DNA from: Raillietiella orientalis
Lineage: Eukaryota
Reading direction: 5' to 3'
NCBI GenBank assembly: GCA_036172245.1
Contig: JAYWIR010000017.1
Coordinates: forward strand, 2,418,001 to 2,482,000
DNA length: 64,000 nt
The number at the start of each line of letters is the position of its first letter. Position 1 is the stretch's first letter. The notes beneath the pieces were generated by a model, which was not told the DNA's origin, did no database searches, and saw nothing but the letters and a program-made list of their open reading frames with translations. Shown here one piece after another: positions 12,601 through 26,628 of this stretch. Made by a program: the position numbers and the translations under genes.

Positions 12601-13580
12601 CTAATTCAACGTCCGATCTTTTTGCCAGTAAACGCCTTTGGCCAGATGCCTTTTAGAAAGAAACGAAATTCTAAAGGCATCCTCAGTCCCGAGGTCACAC
12701 CTTCCACCAATTAATTTAGAGAATAAGTGAGCGTTTCGTTGCTCGTTTGATTACTTGAAAGACAGGAAGACGGGAAGCAAAGCAAAAAGGAGTTGAGCGT
12801 GCTGTTGGACGCTCTTTCTTTCCGCCTTCCACTGGGTTTCAAAAGCCAACTTTATGATGCCAGCGTCCTTGTTTCCTCCTCTTGAGATAGGAGTAGTCAA
12901 GCCTGGAAAAAAAAAAAAAGGAACTGAACGCCTCTACATCTTACAGAACGCCAGAGTCGCAGTTCAACCAGGTGGGTTCTTTCAATCAAAGGGGAGTTGC
13001 AAGCGGGTAGTCCGCAGCAGCAAAGAAAACAGGAAAACGCATGCCCTTTATCGCCTCTCCTTATCGCGCAGGTAGGCCACTCGAGGCTCTGCACGGATAA
13101 GGAAGGTCGTCGCTGCGTCTTCATCCTCAGCACAGCTTTGTTTCATCCGACGGCTGGTCGGGATGAGACTGGATCTTAAGCCGCCATCTGCTCGAGGAGA
13201 ATGTGCGAGCCACAGTACTTGGTGCTTCGAGAGGGGAGTGGCGTTCCCGCGTCTGCCGCACGGGGTCGGCAAAAACCACCACCCGCTTTCGCGCGCCCTG
13301 CAGGCCGGCCGGCTGCTCCTTGCGAGCCGTGAGTCGCTGCCGGTGGCGAATGCAGGAGAAGTACTGCCCAGTCAGCTCCAAAAACCCGATCCGTCCTCGG
13401 ATGGATCAATCAGTGAAATCAGTGATCATTCAGTTAAGGATGGGATTGCTACCATGGAGGATGAAATGCACTGCGAAAGGCCAACCGGCTACGCAAGTGC
13501 ATCAGTGGTTGTTGGTTCATTAAGAGTAAGGCCGTGCAAAAAAATATCTCATTCCTCCGTGTGCATGTGTCTTTGAAACA

Positions 13581-13920
13581 CAGTGGTACCTCGGTCCTCG
13601 ACGGTATCGGAACTCGTCAAACTCAGTACTCGTTGCATTTTGACGGCGCATGCTCGGAACCCGACACCCCACTCATGACGAAAGAAGTGAACGCTGTCTT
13701 CTCGTGGTAGCTCGCGAACAGTGCCAAACATTTCCATAGAGTGCCTCCCAAATCGTTCCTTTTTGTATGCTCTCTGTGCATTTTGAGCGTTAATCGTGGG
13801 ACCTGAAATGGTAAAAAATTATACTACGAAGCCTTGAAAGGAACTCGTTCGGTACTCGTCGGTTTCGGCACTCGTTACGAGTTATGGAACGAATTACCGA
13901 CGAGTACCGAGGTACCACCG
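13581..13920. mobile_element. Tc1/mariner-pogo (Tigger-like) MITE, ~340 bp
   Basis: 26-bp terminal inverted repeats match at 23/26 positions (CAGTGGTACCTCGGTCCTCGACGGTA at 13581-13606 vs 13895-13920). CAGT-type terminus; TA on the right flank and CA on the left (presumably a mutated TA). Internal ACTCGT subrepeats, no ORF. Confidence 0.8.
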
Positions 13921-16900
13921 TACTTTCAAATGGCGAAGTGTGTCTAAGGAAACACACACACACACACTGACAATTTAAGATCCTATTCTCAAAACTAACA
14001 GTGAATCGGAGGGCTTTCAGAGTCTTTACGATCAATTGCACCATTTCGCTTAAGATCATAGGACGAAAGGCAATGAATTGTAATCTTTTAAAGCAATAAA
14101 AAAGATCCCAATTTAAATAGTGCTGTTTAACCTAAATTGCATGTAATATCATAATATACATGTCGGCATACTTCAATGTTATTAGCGGTTATTAAACGAA
14201 GCCTCGGTCAGCTATAACTTCAGAAATTTGGGATTGGAGATTTTCCTTTCCATTTCCATAAAATGGTACAAAGTTTGTTCCATCTAAAGCAACGTACATT
14301 TTACATTCTGGACTATAAAAGCCTCTCTTCCATTAAGAACGGCATTGGCAGTTTACGTTTTTATTGATTATTCACGCTCAGCTTGTTCACTGATCACTTA
14401 ATAATTTCATTAAATGGATCGAGATCACTACTTGATCAACCACTCATCACTGTCGTATCGAAACCGCTAGCAGTCCTTTTCTGGAATAAAGTGGGAGAAT
14501 GTAATTCAGAACGGGTCGATTTCAATTCGGAATTCTGGCTTTTTGGAAAGTCGTTGCTTGTCGTTCCCGAGCCGTGAATCTCTTCTAAAGGGTTCTCTGC
14601 AAGCAATCTATGAGCAATCACAGATCACGGTTTCGGTAATTGGTAGTCCGCATGGCCATTTCTTCGGCAGCTAAGAAATGGAAATGTCACCCAACAGAGT
14701 TTTTTGGAGTTTTTCTTTCTTCGAAAGGTCGCCTGAAGATCTACGCCATTTTCTGCAAACCAGTAGCAGGTCTTTTCCCCCCCCAAAACGGCTTCCGATG
14801 GCGAATACAATGTGCATACCATGCCACCGATTCACATACCATTCTTCCAAGTTATTCGAAGAATGAAAAGGTGTACTCGAATCCTGAATGAAGATCAATC
14901 TTTTCGGATTAGGCGCAGGCAACGATAGAAAGGAAGCAGTGAAAAATCGTGAACGCGGCCTCTTGAGTCCAGCCGCACAATGCTGAGTGTGTAGAATTTT
15001 CCAGAATGAATGTTCAGATCACATATACTAAATCACCTACTAATTCAGCAAGGCGCTCTCCAGTCACGCGTGTGTTGTCACAGGCAGGCTGCTTTTTATA
15101 ACTCGTGCCACAGGCGCCTTTTCCACGAATTCTAGAGCTGTACTTGACAACGCGATTTCGAAATCGAGTTGAATGCGTGGGTCGGGTGCGATGCATTTTC
15201 ATTCAAATCTGAGCGAAGGATTTCAACCGAGGATTTTGTCGGAGTCTGTTCGTGCATGATGTTCACCACCTGACCGTTACAAGAGCGATGCTTGTCGGGA
15301 CGCAGACGGTGCGTCATGGTCGTTGCGAACCGACCTGCTCCAGAATCTCTCCTGATGATACTTGGGAGGAAGTTGCTTCCCTTGATTCAATGGAATTTGC
15401 GCTGAAACTTTTAAAATTACCCATTTTGTCTTGGGAAAAAAAAAAAAAAAAAACAAAGTGGACGAAAGTTGTGCTCTGGAAGTTCAGCCTGAAATTATCT
15501 AAACTTTATGATGGAGAAACAAATTGTACAATAAAGAACGTCTGTTCTGACGAAGATTTTTTTCTTTTTCGTTTCAGCTTTGTTCTTGTTTGACACCCCC
15601 CGCCCCCCTCCCCAGATGAAACTCGAGTTGCACAGCATGGCCCAACTTGTTTCCCAATTTCACTTAATTCTAGTACTTACTGCCTCATTTAATCGTTGCT
15701 TGGGGACGTGTTTTCATTTTTTATCACCGATGACAGTCATCTGCAGCTGCTTGTGGCAACTCAGAATAAGCACCAAAACCCGATGGCACGTATGGTGCTT
15801 GTTCTAAGTTGTACAGGCGATGTACGGAAACTGTCCCCATCACTTGATAGCCATTGTCATGTTGGTTTTTCAGAAAGGAATGGGTAATCTTTGATATTAA
15901 TCTCCCTGGTTTTGCTTGACTTGGCATGCCGCAATGCCTATCTTCTTTTCTGGAGACTGCGTTTCATTTCCTGTGTACTCCACTCAACTCGGTATTGACT
16001 CCCTGTATCTTGAAGTATCTCGATGGGTATTCAGGAATCACTTTACTTGGAGATGGCGATGGATTACCTCAGGTTGAACCTTTCGAATACGTAGGTTGCA
16101 TCCTTGGATTCAGTTTATTTCAAGGTCAGCATTTGTACAGTAGCATCTGCGCTATCAAAAGATTACGTTCGAAGTTGGCACTTTTAACAACTGCCCTAAA
16201 TCGCAAGTCTCGAACAATTTAAATCATTTCTTGTTTCCCCCTGTGCCATGTGTTGTATAATTTAAAGAAGGTAATGAGCTATGAGCACCTCATTTTTTTT
16301 TTACATCGCGCTGCGAAGTCCTGCTTGAGTCAGGAGAAAACTTCCCTTTACGAACCAACCAGCAGAGTTTTAGGTGTTAAATGTGTACAAGCATTCGTGT
16401 GCGAAAGACGAATCTACCCAACACGGACTGCCGAACCAGCAGGAAGAAATCAAAGAGAAGAATCCCTTGGTTGAATTTAAGGAAGAACCCGTTTGAGGAA
16501 GAGGTGGCTTTTCCCCCTGCTAAGACATGCTTGCACTTTTGACACGCTGGGTTTCCCATCCGTGGAGTGACACGAAGACTTAATAACGTGGCAGCTCTGG
16601 CAGGAGATTCAGTTATTGATATTTTCCGCGCCCTGTCAATTATAAACGAAAGTCAGCTGAACAAGGATGGTTGCAAAAGGTTACCTTGAGTTAACCAAAA
16701 AAGGGTGCTTTACTTTCTTCATTCTCTCAAAGGATTTTTTTTATTTTCAGAAACACGAAGAAGACGATGATGAAGGAAGCCAATATTTTTCTTTATATTG
16801 TACTGTGAATACTGTATAATACTAATATAGAAATCGCCTATGCAACAGCAACTCAGAATAAGTTCGTTACTGTATACAGACAACTGTTCATATAAATAAC

Positions 16901-18799
16901 TGCTTATGTAATTCTCCGCAATGTACAGTAAGCATACAGTGTCATGTACAGTGAATATCTATCTATATATCATTGTGCCACAAAAACAAAATGAGCGGAA
17001 CATTTGGAAATGCTGAAGGATCCATAAAAATCGCTATGAGGGTTTCTCGCAGTGTCGCGAGTATTGACAAAATTATTCAAATTTTGTAAACATGATAATC
17101 TTATAAGGAGATGCACCGTCCTCCTTCCGTAAGGAAGCATCGATTAACGACAAGTAACAGGAACAGGTACAAGATCATCAAATCGACTAACGACAAAAAA
17201 GCAAGCATGCTACACGAGTATCGGCTGCTAAACAAGGTGAAGGCAATCAGTGTTGCCAGTGCAGCAGTGTAGGAAAAAATTCCGTACATTCTAAAGCCAT
17301 GACTCCTTTCCCATATGAAGCATAGCTGCTGGTCCTCGTTAGCTGAAAAAAAGCTGCTGCTCTCACACGCAAACATACAAATTGATCACCGGAAAGTGGT
17401 TGAATCCGCTGTGGGGCCTCTGAAAAATCTAGCTAGAATTCCGTATGGGAATACCTAGGGCAAGATGTGGAGATGGGATACATGGATCGCATCTATCCCG
17501 AATGTCCAAACATAATGTACTGGAGGATAATTCTTTGCAAAGGGCACTTCACCTAGCAGAAATCCTGCCGTAGCTGTCCGCTGGATGTTCGCTGAAGCAA
17601 CAGAGACGGTTGCCGGATGCAAATTGAACTGGAAGATGTTTCCGCGTTGTTGGAGATCATTCTTCTTTGCCTCAAGATCTTTTCCTTGCAAACTTACCGA
17701 GTCTGTGAACTCTTATTACGGGCAAGGATTCAGAAACGACAGATGTTCCCACCCGTCGATGTGCAGGACCGAGTTTTCCTATTGCGCTTGGAAGTTTTTC
17801 ACGTTTTTCGGGTGCGTAGGAAGATGCTCATCGTCTCTCTCTCGATCCTCCGCTGCTCTCAAACCAACCTCCTTCCTCTCTCAAACCTTCCAACGTTATC
17901 AACAAATGAAGCATGAGTTCTGTGGCGCCACCAGGTTCAGCACATCCGTAACTCGAAGGGGGAAATGCATTGGTCAGGCTTCACCTGCCTTCCGGGGACC
18001 CTGCGATGCGGCTTGACTTCGGCAAAGTTGGTGCGAGTGGACCCCCGTGTCAGCACGCTTAAGAGATGAAATCCCTCAGAGAGTACGAAGACTTATCTAA
18101 CGGAGAAGACAAATTACATTCCTAAGGAAACCAGTTCCAGAAATTGCAGTCCCAAAGATTCTTCTTTTCGAACTAGCCCTCGTAGAAAATCAGGATTCTA
18201 AAGCGGGGAAAGCACTTTCTGTTCCTTTTTAGTTAAGATTTCCCCTTGCTGTTCCTTTTTGGTTGAGATTCAACCAACCGTCTTTGGCTACTTTTCCTCC
18301 GCAGACCAAGGGAAAAGTCACATCAGTCGTCAAAGCTTTCAGTATATGCACAGACTACTTACTGAGTCTGCTCCTGAAAGTAAGGAATGCCGTCTGGACT
18401 TGGGAGTTTTCAGCTCCATATGAGTAACGGAAAAACCAACACATACACTGCAAGAGTTCCGAGAGGAATGGACTACTAGTTTATCATTTCGCGCGTCACA
18501 GCCTCCTTCCTTTGTTTTTATTCTTCGGAGCTTCTGTTTTATTCTCTGGCAGCAGCAGCAGCAGCAGAGGACAATCGCCGGGACTCGAGAGATGTGTGCG
18601 CCCCTGCCTGGGTTTGCCGTTCCCGAGGCGCCGGGAGCGCGCATGACCACTCGAGCGGTCATGCGCACAAATGGCGGCGCGCTTTCTGTTTCACCGTAGC
18701 TGCGCTGTCACCAACCATTTGCCGGGAGGTCATCGTAGCGCGAGGCACCTGAAAGTTCGGTCTCAAGCGGGGAGCTTTCGTTCTCTGCGGCTTTCTGCG

Positions 18800-20250
18800 T
18801 GCTCACTCGCTGCCTTGCCCGAGACAGGAAGGACTCGGGAGAATTTCCGCGAGATGAACAATGTTTTTCTCTTCGCGTTTGGGTTGATGACTTCTGCAAC
18901 TGTATCTCTGGACACTCTGGATTACAAAGCGGGGAAGGGAGGGAATCTATGGATTCCCTCATAAATAACAGACAGAACATCTCCGTTGCAAACACGGGAA
19001 AATTTATATAGATGCAAAACTGGAATCAGGAGCATATATCATCATATCAGATCTGGGAGAGACTGGAATCATTACGGAAAATCTAGAATCAGAGGAAAAA
19101 AGTTATAAATCGTGTTTCTTCCGATCGCCTTGGTGATACTGAATGGATGGCTGAAAAGGAAACGGTCAGATTCGGACCAGCAAAAAACAGGCATGCTCAA
19201 ATAAGAGAATTTGGAGTCTCAGTGATTCAGCGGCAGAAAGGTCATATTTTATGAAAAGTCTCAGAAGAGTCTATTCTGAAACACAGAAGAAGAACGAAGT
19301 ACGCACTCTGAGGTCTTTTAGAGAACACACACTGTTGAGAAAAGGTGAGCAGAAATTCAAGTAATGGAACGAAGAGGAACTCACGACTAACAAACGGAGA
19401 AGATTGAAAGTTGAGAACGCCCAAAGTGAGGTACAAGGCGTAATACGAACGGAAACATCTAAGAAGACTTTCTATTGAGATGGAGGGCAAGGCTACTGTG
19501 GAGGTTATTCTTTAGAGTGTCCTTTGGAGTGCTTTCATTTGTTAAGACAAGATGCCTATAAAGAAGCATTTCATCTAAATGTACACTGCGGTCATTAGCC
19601 TTAAAGGTCAACGTTAACAAGGCAGTTTTATTCGGGACATGTTCTGAGGATTCAATTTTTGACCGAGGCCATCTCACAAGAACTGGAGCACAAGAAAACT
19701 GAAGGAAAGAAGACAACATCACAAATGAAATTCCTTTGTTTAGGGTAATCAACTGGTACTCGTGAAATGGAACTTCGGTCCATTTCTTGATCTGTGCTCT
19801 GGTGACGCTGTCTTGTGCCGAAAGCAAAAGCATTTTTCTTGTGTGAGACTGTGGACAGGATATCATCAGAAGATGAAGTACTAACATGTGCAGAAAGATG
19901 CAGTAGAAAGACAGTAGCTGGAACAGGAGGGATACTAGAAAATAGATAAGTGAACACATCAAGGGAGTGTGGATAAAACTGCAAACAAAACAGAATGTTT
20001 GATGCTAGTTTTCGTGTTTTCAAGCACTTTTGAAAGGGGAGAAAATCGGCAAATGAACGAGGATATGACTTTTTGATACCAAACTGCGTAATGAATGTAT
20101 AGCATGATCTGAGTAGCGAAATCCTGGATTAGCAGATTTTTAAGCACCAGGAAGCACACAAGAAAGTTCGAAAACATAGTTATGCAAAGAGATCTACTTC
20201 ACAGTTATGGAATGATCAAGAGAAGAACACAATTTTAGAGTTGCTACGAA
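18800..20250 (+). mobile_element. Highly decayed piggyBac-like transposase remnant
   Basis: Ordered remnants across frames: FLFAFGLM...NLW (cf. AF.GLL..G...LW); NV/TRQFYS (cf. RNVT.DNFFTS); NEIP; VPKAKAFFL (cf. YVPK.NK.V.LL); KG/VDK (cf. YN..KGGVD). No TIRs identified. Confidence 0.4.
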
Positions 20251-21138
20251 GGCCATCTCCGAAAATTGCTCATTTTCGTTTCGTTTGCTTTCCTTCTCGT
20301 TTCCATGCAGAAGTCCTTCCAGTTTCCACTGAAGTGCAGTCCTTATCCTGTTCATTCAGAGCAGCATCCGAATTGCATTTTTGCGTTGCTTCTAAGTTCA
20401 CGACTGAGGTAATCAATCGAATCACGGAATTCCTTCATCCCTCGATTCCAAGAAAAGCTGACTCCAGCATCAGTGCTGAACCTTTAGTTCATCTCGGTGC
20501 TTGAATTTTCCTCCCGTGAGTTCAAGCATGGACTTATTCTTTGGTGCTCTGCTGGCGACCAGGAATCGCAACGACTGATGAGCGGATTCCGTCAAATTCC
20601 TCTGTTGCATTTGTAACGGCAGGGCTCGGTGGTGCGATTAAAATATTCAATTTGGGTCCTCAGAGGAGCTTTGCGTCGAAACGTGACCTGGTTCAAAATC
20701 CTTCGAGCCTTTGTGCGCTCACTTTTTGTAATTATTTAGGTCTTCAGTGCACAGATGACTTTTATTACTCCAAACGGTCTCCCTGCACTACTGCGTTACC
20801 ACAGCTACCGGAAGTGAAGATTCTCCAGCTCTTAAATTCCCCAGCCGAGTCTTGGCTTATGGGACACTGGCGTCTAGCAGCAACCCTTTCCGTTCACATT
20901 CACCGAGGACGCAATTTGGTGAGCCAACAGGAACTCGGACAGCACTTGATGCTTTTTATTCCAAGGGCATGTTGCAGCTACTTTCCCAGAAGCCCGTTGG
21001 GAATAGAATTTTCATTTCCACTAATGGGAGTGAGCAACCTATCTCAAAACCGAGTCGCAATGCATCAACGGTTTCCTTGGGGCAGGATGAACAGATCACC
21101 TCACCATGGTATTTGACGAAAATCTACATTCGCACAAC

Positions 21139-21324
21139 AAGAGCAGAGTTCTACCATTTGTCCCGTACTTTCTTCCTCGTTTTCACGCAGAACATGGAAA
21201 GGGTAGAAGGCGGTCGACCTATGAAAGACTCTTTTCAGTTTCCACTAAGGTGCATTCGGAGCAGCTTCCGAATTGCGCAAAGTTCTACCATTAAGAGCAG
21301 AGTTCTACCATTTGTCCCGTACTT
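21139..21324 (+). repeat. 32-bp perfect direct repeat pair
   Basis: AAGAGCAGAGTTCTACCATTTGTCCCGTACTT occurs at 21139-21170 and 21293-21324. Confidence 0.9.
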
Positions 21325-22999
21325 CAAAAGCAGCAAGTTATGCGTTGTTATCCCTTTTTTATTGACTTTGACGGTCGTAGCTCTCTTTTATCTCTGGTGC
21401 GATTCACTCGGAGGTGAAAATGGCTCGGTTGCATCTCTGAGGGCTAAGGGAGGCGCCAGCTCACCAGAATCCTGTGTCGGAGGTGTGACCAATGAGCGTC
21501 GGCGGAGTCGCAGTTCCTCATGGTGACACAGAAGCTGACGCGGGAGTTTACTTACCCAGTTCTTTCAGAAGCATGAGCTGAGAAAAGGGGTATGAGGAGA
21601 TTAAGAGACCATAAGCAATAAACAGATTTGGAACACCAGGGTCGTGAGGGAGTGATATGAAAGGGAATAGTGATATCAGAGGACCATTCAAGAAAGAAAT
21701 TCCTTGAGGTTTAGAATCACTCTATAAAACATTGCTTTTGTAATAAAATAATCCAAAACAGCTGTAGATGTTAAAATAGTAAAACAAGAATAGTAATAAA
21801 AGTAAGAATAATGCTGGGGGGTTCTTTGCAAATAGATTACGCTGGGAATAATTATGAAAGTCCACAATGCGTTTCCAATAGCGGAAAAGGGTATATCTTG
21901 AATCGTGGAGAATTCAGCAAACAAAAATTGTCAAATGCAAATCATGGACGTCGTGTGATTGAAAATCAAATTCCTTTTACCTTGTCCTACCCATTGCAGA
22001 GATAAATTTGAATAAAACGAAGCCTAACATTTCATGAGGGTTCCTTGCATCACTTCTGTAGATTCTGTGATTCAAAGCGAAGAACAGGAGGGAATCACAG
22101 CTCAAGCATCAAATGGATGGCACTTTTTCAGTTGGCATTTCAAAAATCTGTGCACGAAATCCGGGCATTCGGAATGAATTGGAAAATCAAACGCGATTTC
22201 TACCGCTGTACCACACTATTAAAGTTACTGTTTTTTTTCCCTCTACTATCGGAGCAACTTCTTTTGCATTACTTCTGAAGAATTATAGATGGGATACTTC
22301 CCCATGGTGATCATCTGAAGACTGACTCATCCAACATAATCGACAATAACACTGTTGGAATCAGTTTCGAGAATTTCAGCTTGGGTAGTCAAGTTCACCT
22401 CAACTCGGTTCTGTTTAAGATGACTAATCCTTTATTTCATTTTACGCAGAGACAAGAAGACCCAGGAGCATCCTAAGTCTTCCTACCGATAGGCAATCTC
22501 ACACTTCTCTGACAGCTTTAAGACCTGGAAAAAAAAAAAAAAAGGCAACTTGTTGGTGGGCACCTCTATTTGCATCCAATGTTTCATCCAGCCTGAGTCT
22601 ATTCGTTTCTATTTGCAAAATATCTTTGCGAGCGTGTGAATTTATGGCAGCACTCCAGCTGCGATTGATACTGGATAGCTTTTGCAGGAACGAGTAAAGT
22701 CACGTTTGTTTTAAACTTCACTGTGTTGAAACAACGGCTTTGCTTACCAAAGCAACTTTGAGCTCCCATCGAAGGACCCTCCGAGCCCTACCCTGCTGAC
22801 CATTCCAAGAATAACAACTTCTGAATCAGGTCAGCGAGCCGACTGGTTGAAAATTGGAATTTCTTTTTAATGGATCATCAGAAGATATCAGAACGCGCGC
22901 CACGCAGTGCCTCAGTGCCGCTTTGCAGATAGACAGAATTGGTGGCAGGGCGAGAAAGAGAGGGGGAAAACACTGGTGCTTGGTCTCATTTATCCGTGA

Positions 23000-23700
23000 G
23001 CATGAAGCGGGCGAGTCCGTGGACTCTCTGTACAAACTTGAGGAAATCGCTGCTGCCAGCTGAATTTGTTGCTACGTCCAACACTGTCGTCATTGGTTGC
23101 AAGGGTAGTTGGAATGGTGGACTGACGGCCTGCTTTCTCGAGAAAAAGAGGATTTATCTGGTGGGGGAGTGCATTTTGTTTCCGATGACGCCTTCTAATA
23201 CACAACTAGCAGTTTTCCTTGCTTTGGTTTCCACTGTAAAGAAATTAGAAAGCAAGAGTACAGGTTTAGAGATCTGTACTAGGTTGCTCTTCCGTCTTTC
23301 GTGTGCAGGGCACAGAGCAAAATCGTTCAGCACAAAATCGTTCCCGCTCGTCGCAAATGCTGCAGTGGGTGGCCACTCAAAGAAATCCGAGGGCCCACCG
23401 ACAAGCATGCCGATTTCAACTCTTCCTGGTGAGCAGCGTCGCGAGGTGGGAAGCTCCAAAGAGGAGAAGGAATTGCGAAAGGGGGGGAAAGTGGGCTCGA
23501 ACGTGGATTGCGGTTCCTCCCGGTGAGAAAGTTGGAAGGTTCAACGCACCTGATGGGTCGAATCGGAAGGTCAGAACGTCAGCACTGGGAACCCTGCACA
23601 TCCTGCAGTCACTCCTCGGAATGAACCTCTCATGCTTTCTGCTTTGATCCTTTCGGGAAAAGTCCACCATCGGGTGGGGTAGGGTCGAAACTTTGTGCAG
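23000..23700 (-). mobile_element. LINE APE endonuclease remnant
   Basis: Minus strand PGGTAIHVR (cf. GGVAILVR), followed by SPGRVEIGML (cf. .PGR.L.V). Confidence 0.4.
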
Positions 23701-26009
23701 GTATTGTTATGATGCCTGTTGCATTCAGATTTCATTCCTTGCCTCACTAGCGATGGCTCTTCTGACTGAAGGTAGATCCGATGCCTCACTCTCAACAGAA
23801 ATTTCTTGCATCCAAACTGAAAGCATTTGTCAGTTAGCTGGCAACTTGGATCTGGGCTCAACTGTTGGTTTGGCGTCGTGAGTGGATGATGTGTCTGGTG
23901 TTCCAGATGACTACGAACTCTTCGCAATGTCTTTTTCCTTTTTAGACATCTTAAAATGAACAAGTCAGTAATAGTGACTTTTTCCCTGTCTGGACAACAA
24001 CCTCAACAACCTCAGCTTACCTTTTTTCAAACGAAGATCTTACTCGGTAAATGCATCTCCATGAGGAAACAAAAGTTTTATTCTGAAGCTTGCAGGTCAT
24101 CTTTCCCGTGAGTCCACTTGGGCACTTGTCGTCCACGAGGATGGGCAAAACAAATTCACCTCTCGAGCAAGCAGGAGGACTCCCAGGTGCTTAAGATTCT
24201 GTGATGCTCACGAAATTACTTTCGTCCCTACCTGACCATTCTTCGGTCACACTGAGTTCAGATATCGACGTGAAAAAGTCAGTAAACGACTACTTCAAGG
24301 GAAGGAGGGAGGATGCCTCACGGAACCAGCACATTGCTCCAGATTGTTAACTGACAGGGTATCGTAACAGAAATCTCAACTTGTGACGCTCGTGACCGAA
24401 GAAAGAGAATAAAGTTGACGCAACTTGAGGTGGTGAATTTCATCACGTCAAAAGGATGGAAGGGAATTCCAAATAGTGAAAAGGGGTTTCCATTCCACGT
24501 CCTTTCGCGATTAGAAAAGTGAGAGAGCTATCTGTCGCTAATCGAGAAAGATGGGTGAGTTTCTTTTCCAATGAGATTACTTTTGAATGCGTAGTTTTTT
24601 TCCGCACCACGCTATTTTTTCAGACCCAACTCTTCTTACTTTCGGGAGCATCACTGCTCCATCACTTCGTTTGGCTATCAACCGATGATGTTAAACCACA
24701 AAGGTTGACTAAATAACCGTACCACTGCCACAGTTAGATATGTGCAGAGCGAAAAGCAAAAGCCTTCCTTGAAGCTCAGGACGTGAAATTTCTTTTTTTT
24801 TTCTAATTCAAGAATTCCTTTATATTGAATGCATGAAAATAGAGAAATCTTCTGTCATCTTCTTCTTCTTCTCTTTTTCTTTTTTTTTCAATTGGCGTTA
24901 GGATTTGCAGACGCCTTTGAAAACGAGAACAACGTACGAAAAAGAAGTGACGTACTCCCCCACAGGATTCTGGAGCAGTCTGTTGAGCACCGACAATTTC
25001 AAGATTTTGTTTGGAAAGCAGGCGACATTGCCGGTTGAGATTTCGTTTCCAGAGTATTTCACCTTTAAAGTAAAAATGCACAGATGTACATGGGATATGC
25101 AAAGATGAAATTAGAGGCAAGATCTAAGTATAATACTAAATGGACACTGATGCAATGGAAAAATTTATCCTCAATTCGTAATCCCATGATGACTGAACTG
25201 CGTTTATCATTTGAAGCTAAATTTATTCTTGCCGATCCGCCGAAAGATGTGAATGCTGTGAGGCAAATAATTCATCGGCCGTGTGGAGATCCCTCTGGCC
25301 GAACTTCATAAGAATTCGGAAACCATGAATTTATTTAAGATTTGTCTTTCAGATCCCCAAGTGCTGTTTTTATAGTTTTTCTCGACACAAGAAGTCTTTA
25401 TACAAGAAGTCGTTTGAAAACGCTCCTTGGTTGCCAGGGGAACACTTCCAAAAAAAAGGCGGAGGCATTCCAGCTGCGAGTGAAATTTCTCAGGTATCGA
25501 AAGTTTCTCTTACAACGTGCCGTACATTTCCAGTGCCCTTGGCTTGTCCATACTCTGGAACAACGTGGGCAGCTTGTGCGCACTGTTTTCCACAGGTTCA
25601 CGAAAGCTGGGCGAGCGTAGGTGTATCTTGGGCAGTTTCCATGCGTTCTGTTTCATTTGAAAACGTTCTCATTACTAATACGCCACGCTGCATGTGTGCG
25701 TGCGTGCGTGTTTGTGTGTGTGTTTTATTTACACTCGCAAATGAACTTAGTAATGCAGACTCTTGCGGGTTGAGGTTTTTATTCGTCTGAAATAGATCAG
25801 GGAGAGCAAGTCGAGGAATTGAATGATCAAGTGACGAAGGGTAATCTTCCAGCATCTGACATGGCACTGGGGCTTCTTCTCATTGTGTGCTAAGCCCGGA
25901 TTAACTCCATTGAGGTTTCACAGCGGGCTCTGCAGAAGAACTGCGCTTCCACGTTCTGTTTATGGACGCGAAGAGATCGAACGTGGAACCCAAGGAACCG
26001 AAAAAATTC

Positions 26010-26605
26010 TCACTTGCGGTCTTTCAGGAGGACGAAGTGCCTAACCAACAAGCTAGGCTCAACCACGCCTAGTTTCCGCCACTCCGTGTACGGCACAATC
26101 AGGTCCATGCTGGCTCGAAGCGAATCCTGCATCCGAGCCCGGAAGCGTGGGATCGGCGGAACACGTCGAGCTGGTCGTTCCTTCCACGTGAAGCGCCAGG
26201 TGGCGTTGCCGCTTTCAAAAAAAAAAACGCGCGGAAAGGAACGCGCAAGGGTCCGATCAAGTGGAAAGCAGACCGGCATGCCACGTTTGTTTCCATGGGT
26301 AACAGGAACTTTTATCTTTCTTTCTCATCCTGACGCGTCTACCTCCCTTGCCTCAGTACTGCCGTTCCTAAGGGACGCAAGGGACAGTATAATCCCCGCA
26401 AGGTGGAAAGTGACTTGCGGCATAGCAGCAAAGACGAAACCTCTGGGCAGGTGGACAACTCGGGAAGCGACGGACACACCGACACCGAGTGTCCTGCCCC
26501 ACGCTGGGGAGAGCTGCTTGACATCCCTCCGGTGGAGGTGAAGGGGTCCCCAGCGTTCTGGAACGCAGGCACCCTTCCCTTTGAGGGGCAGGAGTCGGCA
26601 TTGCT
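26010..26605 (+). mobile_element. Tx1/L1-like ORF2 3' part, left piece of an interrupted element
   Basis: FHVKRQVALPL, then RWGELLDIPPVEVKGSPAFWNAGTLPFEGQESALL, which aligns directly with RWGELLSIPMDVLEWPPVLKTTRALPLKWQESAFL in the adjacent minus-strand copy. Confidence 0.65.
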
Positions 26606-26628
26606 TTTACACCCGGGTGCGCCGGGGC

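Noticed and set aside
17455..17900. KDLEAKKNDLQQR as an L1 ORF1 coiled-coil remnant
   Set aside because: A single short, low-information motif without supporting neighbours.
18215..18272. Short tandem duplications (here ~30-bp period; also 29041-29072 at 15 bp and ~60035-60058 at 12 bp)
   Set aside because: Ordinary slippage duplications with two copies only and no spacer structure.
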